Part shown: one piece after another, positions 43,816 to 53,167 of the stretch | Layout: each line of letters starts with the position of its first letter | How positions within the stretch are numbered: the first letter of the stretch is position 1 | DNA from: Candidatus Nealsonbacteria bacterium | Lineage (GTDB): Bacteria; Patescibacteriota; Minisyncoccia; Minisyncoccales; JANBVM01 | Direction: 5' to 3' | Assembly: GCA_047456315.1 (NCBI GenBank) | Contig: CP179889.1 | Coordinates: 56,966-120,965 of the forward strand | Length of the DNA: 64,000 nt | Position numbers and translations under genes: made by a program | Notes under the pieces: generated by a model | What the model was told of the DNA's origin: nothing | Database searches by the model: none | The model's input: the letters and a program-made list of their open reading frames with translations, nothing else

Positions 43816-44885
43816 GCTTTCTTGTTTTTAAAATAATTCAATATTACATCAACAAAAGCTTCAAGACGGGTATTAATTCCAGCCTCAGCCACTTGTTCAT
43901 CTATTGATAATGAGAGAAATGGAATTCCTTTTTCTTTATGAATCTTTTCCAGAATTGGTCTGACAGTAACCTCAGGCATGCAAGCCATTGGCAGTATCTG
44001 GATTACTCCGTCAAATCCCTTCTCGCAGTAATCAAGCATTTCATAGATTGCATCTCTTCCATGGCCCCCAACAGTTGATTTTAAATATGGATTTATTTTC
44101 TTTTGAATTATCCAATCTTTCCAGGGAAAAAGTATTTTTTTTAAATGATAACTGAGATCCATTTGCCTGTGAACTTCTATTCCCTCCAAACCAAGCTTTC
44201 TTTCAGTTTCAAAATTAATAGCTGGGTCACAAACCGTATAAATCTCTCCTATTAAAGCTATTCTTGGCAATATTTTGCTTTTATCAAGCTTAACTTTAGA
44301 AAATCTCCTTAAAATCTCCCTCTTTATCCCATTAAAATCTTTCTGATCTTTTAAATTTTCAAGCTCAAGAAACGACCATAAAAGAATCTTATCAGTTTTA
44401 CCTTTTTTAATTTCCCTTGGTCTATAATACTGACATTTTCTTTCTAATCCTTCAATTAAGTTTAGTTTTTTAAAGAAAAACACTGCTACTTTAAATAATT
44501 CCCAGGAAGAGACACCAGATATTTTTTTTAGTTTTGTGAAAATATCTTTAGCGCTTGTTCTTAAATCTATAAAATCAACCTCCCAGCCAGCTTCCTTTAA
44601 GATTTTGCGTTGAATTGCTCCATAATATCTCTGACGACAAGAACCACCAACATTCTGCACCATAAAAACAGTATTAGCTCCTTTTTTTAAAGCAGGCAAA
44701 TAACTGCCGACAGTAGCCTTCATTGGAAAACAAAACATCTCTGGCGTTAATTTAGAGCCCTCAATAATTGTTGATGGATTTGCCTTTTCAGGGGGAATAA
44801 CTTCCAGGCCTAATTGCCTCAGTAAAGAAGCAAAAGCAATACTATAGTTTCCCCAACGGGCAAAAGTGACTATTGGTTTTTTCAT
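43812..44885 (-). CDS. CoA-activase-associated / dehydratase subunit D-like Fe-S protein
   Basis: PEMFCFPMK, GSCRQRYY, VGGHG, PMACMPE, DEQVAEAGINTRLEAF. Confidence 0.8.
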   Translation of the reverse strand: MKKPIVTFARWGNYSIAFASLLRQLGLEVIPPEKANPSTIIEGSKLTPEMFCFPMKATVGSYLPALKKGANTVFMVQNVGGSCRQRYYGAIQRKILKEAGWEVDFIDLRTSAKDIFTKLKKISGVSSWELFKVAVFFFKKLNLIEGLERKCQYYRPREIKKGKTDKILLWSFLELENLKDQKDFNGIKREILRRFSKVKLDKSKILPRIALIGEIYTVCDPAINFETERKLGLEGIEVHRQMDLSYHLKKILFPWKDWIIQKKINPYLKSTVGGHGRDAIYEMLDYCEKGFDGVIQILPMACMPEVTVRPILEKIHKEKGIPFLSLSIDEQVAEAGINTRLEAFVDVILNYFKNKKA

Positions 44886-44889
44886 AATT

Positions 44890-45804
44890 TTAAATTGAAG
44901 AGATTGTATCAACAAAAGCTTCTAACCTCGTTTGAAGCCCTGCCTCTCCGGTATGTTCATCAATAATAATATATAAAAAGGGAATTTTCTTTGTTTTAAA
45001 TTCTTTTTCAACAATCTCTTTTAATACTGAATCACAACCACACTGAAAAGAAGATAGCTGAATAGCTCCAATAATATCATATTGAAAAATCTTTCTTATT
45101 TTTTCAATTATCTCATTTCCGAATTCCCAATGAAAATCTATTAAAAAAGGTTCCTCATTTTTAACTGTTTGGGTTAAATCAGAGCTTTTAAGCTCAACCT
45201 CATCTATGAATATTGACTCCACTCCTAATTTCTCTAATTTTTCTTTTGTCCTCAGATTAACATAATCATCGTAAAGATTATATGGGTGAGATATTAAAAC
45301 AATTTTTTGTTTTTTTGAAGACATCTTTTTAAAAAAATCTTGCTGCTCTTTCTTTTTTAATTCTTCTTCTTTTAAATTGGCTGTTTTAAACGCCTTGCTG
45401 ACTTGTTGGCTGTTTTTCTTTAATTTTCTTCCTAATTTTCTAATGCTCTTCTCAAATGATTCTTTTTTCTCATCAAAGGTCTTGGTTAAAATCGGGGTCT
45501 TTACCAGAATTTTTGCTAAGTCAGGCAGAGCAAAAAACTTAGGGCAGTATTCAAGTTTTTCTTTATTGGTTTTCAATCTTGGAACAAAAATTAAATCACA
45601 TTTTTCATCAAGCCACAATAAGTGGCCCCAATAAACCTTATTTGAAAAACAGGTTTCAGGATCAGCAACCTTTATTCCTTCTTCAACAATTCGTTTATTT
45701 GTTAAAGGAGAAAGCAAAATTTCAAAACCAAGCTCCTTAAAAAAGGTCTCCCAGAAGTATGGTCTTTTAAAATAGATTAAAGCTCGAGGAATGCCTATTT
45801 TCAT
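44890..45804 (-). CDS. DUF2229 acyl-CoA dehydratase activase-related protein
   Basis: KIGIPRAL, ETCF, YCPKF, HPYNLYD, FQCGCDS, DEHTGEAGLQTRLEAF. Confidence 0.85.
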   Translation of the reverse strand: MKIGIPRALIYFKRPYFWETFFKELGFEILLSPLTNKRIVEEGIKVADPETCFSNKVYWGHLLWLDEKCDLIFVPRLKTNKEKLEYCPKFFALPDLAKILVKTPILTKTFDEKKESFEKSIRKLGRKLKKNSQQVSKAFKTANLKEEELKKKEQQDFFKKMSSKKQKIVLISHPYNLYDDYVNLRTKEKLEKLGVESIFIDEVELKSSDLTQTVKNEEPFLIDFHWEFGNEIIEKIRKIFQYDIIGAIQLSSFQCGCDSVLKEIVEKEFKTKKIPFLYIIIDEHTGEAGLQTRLEAFVDTISSI

Positions 45805-45806
45805 AA

Positions 45807-47054
45807 TTAAAAAAGTGTTGTCTGTTTTGATGTTTTTTTTGGCTCTTGTTGGGAAAAAATCCTTACTGTTCCATAAACACCGTCATAACCCGGCTCAATA
45901 AAAACTTTCCCTTCTTTTACTCTTAATATTCCTTCAGCAATTTCAGACCCAGCAACTTCTTCTATATCTTTTTGAGAAACATCAAGTAAAATATTAAGCT
46001 CGCTGCCAAGCTTTTCTATCAAATTATTATACCCTTGTTCAACTTTTTTGGAAGCAACTGTAAATCCTAAAGATTCAGCAATTATCTCTCTTAACGGAAC
46101 CAAACTTTTAAAAGGAATTACGTTGTCTGGCTTAAATCCTTCTGGTTTCACTGATATATCTTCAATTCTATTTAAAACCCCAACTGTTAAAGGTTTACCA
46201 CAGTTAGGACAAATATTATTATATTTCTTTGTTTCACTCGGTGAAAGCCTAATTTGACAAGCCCGATGGCCATCAAAATGGTATTTTCCTTCCTGAGGAA
46301 AGAATTCAATTGTATAAAGAAATTTTTTCTTGTCTTTTGATTTTATAACTTCAAAAATAGCTGGGTAGCTTAACTCTGTATCAAAAACATTTGCTTCTCT
46401 TCCTATCTTCTCGGGCGAATGGGCATCTGAATTTGAGATAAGTGTTAATCTTTGACCTTCAGGTGTGCGCCAAAGCATTGAAGGATTAGCAGAAAGCCCG
46501 GTTTCCAATGCATAAATATGTTTTGTATATTCTTCAAAACACTCTTCAATTGAATCAAATCCTGATTTTGAACCAAATAAAGAAAACCAGGGAGTCATCA
46601 CATGAGCTGGGATAACCAAACATTCTTCTGAAACATCTAAAACAATCTTTGCCAATTCTTTTGCGTCTAATCCTAAAATTGGTCTGCCATCAGCTTTCAG
46701 GTTTCCAATAAAATCCAGATGGCTATTAATCTTTTCAACAATCTTAAAAGAAGGAGCAAGAATAACAATATGAACTTTTCTAACCCTGCCTTTCTTTGAA
46801 TAAATGCAACTAATTTCAGCAGTTAAGATAAACCTAATTCCTTTATTGTTGTTTTTAATCTTAAAAAGCCCGCTTTCAGCAGGTTCTAATTTTTCTTTTA
46901 ATTCTTTGAGCCAAACAGGATGAGTAAAATCACCTGTGCCTAAAACATTGATTCCTTTAATTCGTCCCCACTTATCAAGATTTTCCAAGTCCATTCGGGG
47001 AGAAGTGGCTCGTGAGAATTTGGAATGTAAATGAAAATCAGCAACAAATTTCAT
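45807..47054 (-). CDS. endonuclease Q family PHP-domain protein
   Basis: DFHLHSKFSRATS, GTGDFTHP, ETGLSA, SNSDAHS, GKYHFDGHRAC...CPNCG, PGYDGVYG. Confidence 0.88.
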   Translation of the reverse strand: MKFVADFHLHSKFSRATSPRMDLENLDKWGRIKGINVLGTGDFTHPVWLKELKEKLEPAESGLFKIKNNNKGIRFILTAEISCIYSKKGRVRKVHIVILAPSFKIVEKINSHLDFIGNLKADGRPILGLDAKELAKIVLDVSEECLVIPAHVMTPWFSLFGSKSGFDSIEECFEEYTKHIYALETGLSANPSMLWRTPEGQRLTLISNSDAHSPEKIGREANVFDTELSYPAIFEVIKSKDKKKFLYTIEFFPQEGKYHFDGHRACQIRLSPSETKKYNNICPNCGKPLTVGVLNRIEDISVKPEGFKPDNVIPFKSLVPLREIIAESLGFTVASKKVEQGYNNLIEKLGSELNILLDVSQKDIEEVAGSEIAEGILRVKEGKVFIEPGYDGVYGTVRIFSQQEPKKTSKQTTLF

Positions 47055-47476
47055 TAATCTCTTTTAAAAAGCTTGACTTCAAGAAAACCAAAACCAATAA
47101 AAACTATAAGTGATAAAAAAGTGGCAACAATAGCTATGGAATAAAATCCGACTCCAACAGCTATTCCTATGGCGGAAGAAACCCACAAACCAGCAGCAGT
47201 AGTTAATCCTATTACACCTGATGATTGTTGAAAAATAACTCCACCGCCAATAAAACCAATTCCAATCGCAACAGCCTGAATTATTCTTAGGATATCAAAA
47301 TTTCCTGGAAAAGTCCTGCTTATCTCTAATGCTACGATTGCAAAAAGACAAGTGCCCAGCGACACTAAGCTATAGGTTTGAGGTCCGGCTTCCCTTTTTT
47401 TATACCTCCTTTCCAAACCAAGCAAGCTTCCTAAAATAACAGATAAAAACAATTGACAAATTATTTCATTGCTCAT
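47054..47476 (-). CDS. MgtC/SapB family membrane protein
   Basis: GLER, AGPQTY, GIGFIGGG, GLTTAAGLW. Confidence 0.9.
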   Translation of the reverse strand: MSNEIICQLFLSVILGSLLGLERRYKKREAGPQTYSLVSLGTCLFAIVALEISRTFPGNFDILRIIQAVAIGIGFIGGGVIFQQSSGVIGLTTAAGLWVSSAIGIAVGVGFYSIAIVATFLSLIVFIGFGFLEVKLFKRD

Positions 47477-47500
47477 ATTTTAAAAAATTATTAAATAAAA

Positions 47501-47770
47501 TTACAATTTATATACTTTATAGCCCTGTCTTGCTTTTTCCTGGATTTTTAAACCCACTGAATCTCCTGACTTAGCCTGCTCAATTTTCTTATGATCAACC
47601 TCCATCGATTCAACTGTCTGGCTGAAATCAGTTTCTCCTCCCACTATTCTTATCTCATCTCCAACTTTCAAGCTATCAGTTATCTTAATAACTACAACTG
47701 AAATCTTGCCAAAATAATGGGTAACTTCTCCTATTAATTTCCCTTCTTCTGAAGGTGCTTTATTTGGCAT
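47501..47770 (-). CDS. small EF-Tu domain II-like beta-barrel protein
   Basis: IGEVTHYFGKISV, LKVGDEI, QTVESMEVDH, GDSVGLK. Confidence 0.8.
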   Translation of the reverse strand: MPNKAPSEEGKLIGEVTHYFGKISVVVIKITDSLKVGDEIRIVGGETDFSQTVESMEVDHKKIEQAKSGDSVGLKIQEKARQGYKVYKL

Positions 47771-47788
47771 ATTTAAAAAATTAATAAA

Positions 47789-48343
47789 TTATTTGCCGAC
47801 CTTTAATTTTTGTTTTTTAATGTCATTAATCAAATTCTCCACCAAAGCTTTAGGTTCTCTTTCATAAAAAACCCGCCTGTATCCTCTGAACGGACCTTTG
47901 GCAATCTGCCTTATCTTATCAGCTGTTCCTCCTGTTCCTTCTAAAACACCAACAGGTTTTTGAATTTCAAAAGCAGTAAAAAATTCATGAAAAGTGCCCA
48001 TCCTTCCGCAGATCACCAAAACACCATCAGCAGCTTTTGTCATTATCATATTTCTGCCAGTATAATCAGCGCCAGTATAAATCATTACATCAAAAGGCTT
48101 TGTGGGAAGCTTATAGGTTTTTATATGAGCAGCTTCAGAAATAGCAGGAGAAAAGCCAACCGTAAATCCGCCCACTTCTTTAAAACCCAGGGTGGCAAAA
48201 TAAGGAACACCAGTAGTGCCTCCTGTAATTAAAACGCATTTATGGCGAGCAATTTCTCTGCCAACTTCTTTAGAGATTTCCTCTATTTCTTCACAACAAT
48301 GATCGGTTTTAGCTGCGCCTGAGACCACAATTTTATAACTCAT
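47789..48343 (-). CDS. LOG/SLOG family protein
   Basis: TGGTTGVP, GFSP, GRN, GRMGTFHEF, GTGGTAD. Confidence 0.85.
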   Translation of the reverse strand: MSYKIVVSGAAKTDHCCEEIEEISKEVGREIARHKCVLITGGTTGVPYFATLGFKEVGGFTVGFSPAISEAAHIKTYKLPTKPFDVMIYTGADYTGRNMIMTKAADGVLVICGRMGTFHEFFTAFEIQKPVGVLEGTGGTADKIRQIAKGPFRGYRRVFYEREPKALVENLINDIKKQKLKVGK

Positions 48344-48418
48344 AATAATATAATTTTATCCTTGTTTTTGGCAAAAATCAAACTAAAAAACAAAAGCTTT
48401 GTACTTTTGTTTCTTAGC

Positions 48419-48546
48419 GAGGAGGGAACAATCTTCTATGAACTTGGCCCACGCCTGACAGGATTGGACAAATCCCGGAATTCCTTAAGACCTCCTCCAT
48501 TAAACATTGTTTGTCCTGCACGAATTTATCGCACACCCCCCTCAGT
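48419..48546 (-). ncRNA. ssrS: putative short 6S RNA
   Basis: About 130-nt non-coding rod: GAGGGGGG/CCCTCCTC closing stem, GCGAT/ATTGT, TTCGTG/CATAGAA, GGAC/GTTC, central bubble; own promoter TTGACA-N16-TAAAAT (48552..48579). Confidence 0.55.
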
Positions 48547-48583
48547 TTCTAATTTTAATTTAGTGGCAAATATTGTCAAGTAA

Positions 48584-49345
48584 TCAGTGATTTATGAAAT
48601 TTTGCTCATCAATGACGATGGTTGACTTTGAAGGTACTGCTTTTTGAACTACTAACTTCTTTGCAACTATGTAAATGTTTTGACGATACTTTCCTTTGTT
48701 TTTAATAATTCCTAATTTTTCAATTTCAAAACCTGCCTCTTTAATTAATTTCCCAAGTTCTCTTTTTGAAAACCAATGATAATATCTCTGAGCTTTTTTA
48801 CCCCAGGGCTCAAAAAGATCTTTCCAGTCTAGTTTTGATTTTCCAATTAGTTTTAAAAGTGTATATTTAACTAATAAAAATATTTCTTTTATTTGATGGA
48901 ATTGCCAGACAGTTAAAATTAACAAGCCTCCTGGCTTTAACACTCTTTTTGCCTCATTTAAAAACTGGAGTCTTAATTCTTTTGATGGAATATGATGAAG
49001 CACTGCAATGTTGTAAACTGCGTTAAAGTAACTGTCAGGGAAAGAAAGCTTTAAAGCATCCTCAACCCTAAAATCTGCTTCAGGATATCTTTCCCTTGTA
49101 AGTTCAACTAATCTTTTAGAACTATCAATACCAATGTATTCAACCTGCTTTTCTTTAAAAAGAGGGTAATATCTTCCATTACCGCAGCCTGAATCCAATA
49201 CCTTGTCACCAGGAACTAAGTAGTCATCAAATAAAAATATAATTTCTTCCCATGTTTTTTCCCTGGTTCTTGAAAATTCTTCAGCAATTAAGTTGTAATC
49301 CTCCCTGGTTTTAACTAATAAATAATGTGCGTATTCTAGATTCAT
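48584..49345 (-). CDS. class I SAM methyltransferase, Trm9/ALKBH8-like
   Basis: YNLIAEEFSRTREKTW, LDSGCGNGRY, IAVLHHI, LKPGG...TVW, DLFEPW, RYYHWFSKREL. Confidence 0.8.
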   Translation of the reverse strand: MNLEYAHYLLVKTREDYNLIAEEFSRTREKTWEEIIFLFDDYLVPGDKVLDSGCGNGRYYPLFKEKQVEYIGIDSSKRLVELTRERYPEADFRVEDALKLSFPDSYFNAVYNIAVLHHIPSKELRLQFLNEAKRVLKPGGLLILTVWQFHQIKEIFLLVKYTLLKLIGKSKLDWKDLFEPWGKKAQRYYHWFSKRELGKLIKEAGFEIEKLGIIKNKGKYRQNIYIVAKKLVVQKAVPSKSTIVIDEQNFINH

Positions 49346-49346
49346 A

Positions 49347-50909
49347 ATGAAATATCAAAAATTAATAATTGAAGATTTAATTGAGAGAAGAATTAAAAAC
49401 TCTTCTGATTTGGCTGTCTTTAAAAGGCGGATTTCAAAAAAGTATAAGATTCTTACTCCAAGTAATATCCAATTATTAAAAGCTTATCATGAATTAGCAA
49501 GGAAAAAAAGTATTAAAAAATCAAAAGCTATTGAAGAGCTGCTTAAAACAAGACCTATCCGTTCTTTATCAGGAATTGTAAATATCTCAGTTTTAACAAA
49601 ACCTTATCCTTGCCCAGGAAAATGTATTTACTGCCCCTTAGAAAAAGGGCTTCCAAAAAGCTATTTATCAGGGGAGCCAGCAGTCCAGCGCGCCAAGGCA
49701 TTAAACTTTGATCCTTACAATCAAACAAAACAACGCATTAAAATGCTGAGGCAAGCTGGTCATCCAACTGATAAAATTGACTTTAGGGTTATTGGAGGAA
49801 CATGGTCATATTATCCCAAAAACTATCAGACAAGGTTTATTAAAAGATGCTTTGATGCTTGCAATAAAAAAACAAGCAATAACTTAACCCAAGCCCAGAA
49901 GCTAAATGAATCAGCGAAGCATAGAATAATTGGTCTGTCTGTTGAAACAAGGCCTGATTTTATTAATGAGAATGAAATTAAAAGATTAAGAAATTTAGGA
50001 ATTACAAAAGTAGAGCTTGGTGTCCAAAGCACAGATGATAATGTTTTGAAACTAAACCTTAGAGGACACAAGGTTAAAGAAACCATAAAAGCCACTAAGC
50101 TATTAAAAAATGCTGGTTTTAAAATCTCTTATCAAATAATGCCTAACTTGCTTGGCTCAACCCCTAAGAAAGATATTAAATCGATTAAGACCATTTTCTC
50201 TGATGAAAGATTCAGGCCAGATTTAATTAAAATATATCCCTGCGCCCTAGTAAAAGAAGCTCCTCTTTATAGGTTGTATAAAAAAGGAAAGTACAGACCA
50301 TATTCTTTAAAAGTATTAATTAAAATACTTTGTGAGATAAAAAAACAAATCCCATATTACACAAGGATTGAAAGAATCATCAGAGATATTCCTGCGCCAA
50401 AAATAGTAAAAGGACCTGTTAAAATATCTAATTTAAGAGAGGTTGTTGGTGAACAGTTAGAAAAACAAGGGTATAAATGTAAATGCATCAGGTGCAGAGA
50501 AATAAAAGCGAAATATGATTCAAAAGAAAAAATATACTTGTTCAGAGAAGATTATAATGCTTCAGGAGGAAAAGAAATCTTTCTAACTTTTGAAAATAAA
50601 AACAGAACCAAGCTTTACAGTTTGTTAAGGTTGAGGATTCTATCTGGCAAGATGTTTCTACCTGTTTTAAGAAATAGCGCTATAATTCGTGAAATTCATA
50701 CTTACGGACAGCTTATTCCAATCTCTAAAAAAGGAGCTTCGGCCCAGCATAAAGGATTGGGTAAAAAACTAATTCAAAAAGCTGAAAATATTACTGAAAA
50801 TGAATTTGGTCTTAAAAAAATTACTGTTATTTCAGCAGTGGGCGCCAGAGGTTACTGGAGAAAATTCAACTATAAGCTAAAAGAAACCTACATGGTTAAG
50901 CTGCTCTAA
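49347..50909 (+). CDS. elp3: Elp3 tRNA uridine(34) carboxymethyltransferase (radical SAM + KAT)
   Basis: RSLSGI, PCPGKCIYCP, PKSYLSGEP, ETRPD, ELGVQS, KIYP, RIIRDIP, CKCIRCRE, REIHTYG, QHKGLG. Confidence 0.93.
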   Translation: MKYQKLIIEDLIERRIKNSSDLAVFKRRISKKYKILTPSNIQLLKAYHELARKKSIKKSKAIEELLKTRPIRSLSGIVNISVLTKPYPCPGKCIYCPLEKGLPKSYLSGEPAVQRAKALNFDPYNQTKQRIKMLRQAGHPTDKIDFRVIGGTWSYYPKNYQTRFIKRCFDACNKKTSNNLTQAQKLNESAKHRIIGLSVETRPDFINENEIKRLRNLGITKVELGVQSTDDNVLKLNLRGHKVKETIKATKLLKNAGFKISYQIMPNLLGSTPKKDIKSIKTIFSDERFRPDLIKIYPCALVKEAPLYRLYKKGKYRPYSLKVLIKILCEIKKQIPYYTRIERIIRDIPAPKIVKGPVKISNLREVVGEQLEKQGYKCKCIRCREIKAKYDSKEKIYLFREDYNASGGKEIFLTFENKNRTKLYSLLRLRILSGKMFLPVLRNSAIIREIHTYGQLIPISKKGASAQHKGLGKKLIQKAENITENEFGLKKITVISAVGARGYWRKFNYKLKETYMVKLL

Positions 50910-50941
50910 ATCTTTCTTCCTATCACTTGAGTTTTTCTTTA

Positions 50942-51814
50942 TTAGAAAAGTTTTGTTATAAAATAACCGATTATTGAAAATAGCGCAATGGACGGCAAGG
51001 CTGGAATTGCTTTTCGATGTTTTTGAGAAATAAAAAACAAAAAACCAGCTAAAAGTCCAAGCAAAGAAAATAAAGCAACAATTAAGGACTTAATAATTCC
51101 ATGAGGAATTAAAGAAACGCTAAAAAGCAACGGGAAAACTATATCCCCTGCGCCCAAAACCATAAATTTCCCGCCAGGAGTTATTTCTTTTAAATTACTA
51201 CTAAAAGAAACTATGTCAGGAGGAATAACCAGTCCCAAAATAGCACGACTCTCAATCATTCCTTTTGCAATTTCAACCATGTGCTTTGTCTTATAAACCG
51301 CAATAACATCATAGATTGAAAAAACCACCAATAACACTGCTACCACTCCAGGGGTAAAACTCAAGCCCAAGACACTGCCAGCTCCTGCTACTGCTAAAAT
51401 CATTAACAAATCCTGAATAAAAATAGATGGCCGTTTAATCCACCAGAAAATTAAAAGACCCATTAAAACTAAAGCATAAATATCTGAAATCCAAATACTT
51501 AACGTTAATATTCCACCCATCAAAACAGTTGAAATAAAAAGTAATTTAAAGACAGCTGTTTTTTGTTTTCGGAACTTAATAAAACGAGTTAAAAGAAAAA
51601 TAAATAAGGTGGCTAGAAGAAAATAAACAATGAATTGAATAAAAGGGAATTCAACAACTTCAATTTTTTCAATTTCTAAAACCCTGGTAATTTTCAATGA
51701 GTTAATAATTCCCAGACCTAAAGCTGAAAGAAATAAAAAGCCCTCAATAATAAAAACTTTCCATGTTAAAACAGGGAATCTATCAGAAGAATTATCTGAA
51801 GTAGAATCAGGCAT
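50942..51814 (-). CDS. presenilin/SPP-family (A22) intramembrane aspartyl protease
   Basis: YDVIAV, LGAGD (GxGD), PALP, multiple TM segments. Confidence 0.9.
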   Translation of the reverse strand: MPDSTSDNSSDRFPVLTWKVFIIEGFLFLSALGLGIINSLKITRVLEIEKIEVVEFPFIQFIVYFLLATLFIFLLTRFIKFRKQKTAVFKLLFISTVLMGGILTLSIWISDIYALVLMGLLIFWWIKRPSIFIQDLLMILAVAGAGSVLGLSFTPGVVAVLLVVFSIYDVIAVYKTKHMVEIAKGMIESRAILGLVIPPDIVSFSSNLKEITPGGKFMVLGAGDIVFPLLFSVSLIPHGIIKSLIVALFSLLGLLAGFLFFISQKHRKAIPALPSIALFSIIGYFITKLF

Positions 51815-51815
51815 C

Positions 51816-52013
51816 TTATTTTTCTTTGGTCAATTTCAAAATCTCGCTAGCTGGATAATGAGGCGCTATTCTCTTAATTTTATCTAAAATCTTTTCTTTT
51901 TCAGATTTACTTTTTGCCTCAAGATACCCGTCTTTCAGCTTTTTGATCTTCTGCCTTTTCTTTCTCTTAGCCCTTATTTCAAATTGTCTTCTTTTAACAG
52001 AACCTTTACCCAT
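51816..52013 (-). CDS. small basic hypothetical protein
   Basis: 65 aa, packed in an operon, RRQFEIRAKRKKRQKIKKLK...KIKRIAP. Confidence 0.7.
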   Translation of the reverse strand: MGKGSVKRRQFEIRAKRKKRQKIKKLKDGYLEAKSKSEKEKILDKIKRIAPHYPASEILKLTKEK

Positions 52014-52019
52014 AATTCG

Positions 52020-52976
52020 TTATTTATTAATTCGTGAAATCCTAATTAAACCTGAACATGAAATAATTTCAATTCCTCTACGTTCAAGTTCATCTAAAAA
52101 AAGATTAATGCCCAGGGAGTCTGAACTCATGTGTCCGGCAATAACAACATTGACATTAGCTGCTTCAGCCTCTTTTTTATGTTCCTCTGAAATGTGCATT
52201 CCGATTGTTGTTCCAACTCCAGCTATGGCAATTTTCTCGTATAGCTTGGAAGAACCCTCTGTTCCACCGGTTATTTCTGTTAAAGCTATCTTGCCGCAGC
52301 GGTTTTCTTTGTTTCCAGCAAATATCTTAGGACCTGCTCCGATTTTCATTGCGTGTCTGTACTCTGGAATTGTTTTTAGAAATTCAACTAAATCCTCAAT
52401 CCTTATTAAATCATGCTTTTTTTCTTCAATTTTGTCTTTTAAAAACTTAGCTGCTAAATTATCACAGGCTGTATGAAGACACATTAAATTAAAGCCTAAT
52501 AGCTTTGCCGCATCAATTGTTCTTTGGTGATTTAGCTTGTTAACACCGCGAGCCACTTCTGAGATTTTTTCTCTCATCAAACCCTCAGCAACATTTATTG
52601 GAACTCCATACATATTTAAAATATCACACTGCAGGTCCATTACATCGTATAGATTAGCCAGGGCCTTGCCCAATGGATGATGGGAAATAACTAAATCAAT
52701 ATTTCCAAGCTCTTTGGCTAACAGAATTTCAGCTGGTTCAATATCAATACCCATTAAGATTCTTTTTATTTCTTTATCTTGGGCAATATATAGAATCTGG
52801 GAATCAGAATAAGGATTTTTTAAAGTTTCTTTATCAAAAAACTGCTTTTGTTTTTCAGACAGCTTTTCATATTTCTTTCTTCTTCTTTGAAGAAGTTTCT
52901 CAATAAACTCTCTTCCCCTGAAATCAGCCTCAATCCCTTTATTTATTGCCAGATTATATATTTCTTGAATCCTCAT
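52020..52976 (-). CDS. NIF3 (NGG1p-interacting factor)-like metal-binding protein
   Basis: NPYSDS, GIDI, ISHHP, HTACDN, TGGTEG, GMH, GHMSSDSLG. Confidence 0.88.
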   Translation of the reverse strand: MRIQEIYNLAINKGIEADFRGREFIEKLLQRRRKKYEKLSEKQKQFFDKETLKNPYSDSQILYIAQDKEIKRILMGIDIEPAEILLAKELGNIDLVISHHPLGKALANLYDVMDLQCDILNMYGVPINVAEGLMREKISEVARGVNKLNHQRTIDAAKLLGFNLMCLHTACDNLAAKFLKDKIEEKKHDLIRIEDLVEFLKTIPEYRHAMKIGAGPKIFAGNKENRCGKIALTEITGGTEGSSKLYEKIAIAGVGTTIGMHISEEHKKEAEAANVNVVIAGHMSSDSLGINLFLDELERRGIEIISCSGLIRISRINK

Positions 52977-53110
52977 TTTTTTTTGAAAAATCTCTGGTAC
53001 AACTCTTGGATTAATTCTTCTTGTTTTTTAGCATCTGAAAACCCGCGCCTGATTCTGGCTTTCTCTTTTCGAATATATTTCTTTACTGATTTTGGCAGTC
53101 TTTTCTTCAT
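52973..53110 (-). CDS. small basic protein (45 aa)
   Basis: MKKRLPKSVKKYIRKEKARIRRGFSDAKKQEELIQELYQRFFKKK*, ATGA overlap with the NIF3 start; not in track. Confidence 0.7.
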   Translation of the reverse strand: MKKRLPKSVKKYIRKEKARIRRGFSDAKKQEELIQELYQRFFKKK

Positions 53111-53167
53111 AAACTAAAAAACAATTTGATTCAGAATTGTAGTAATTTAATAATTTTTTCATTTTAA

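Noticed and set aside
48362-48583. 73-aa + strand ORF
   Set aside because: TTG start, no recognisable motif, antisense to a promoter-driven structured RNA candidate.
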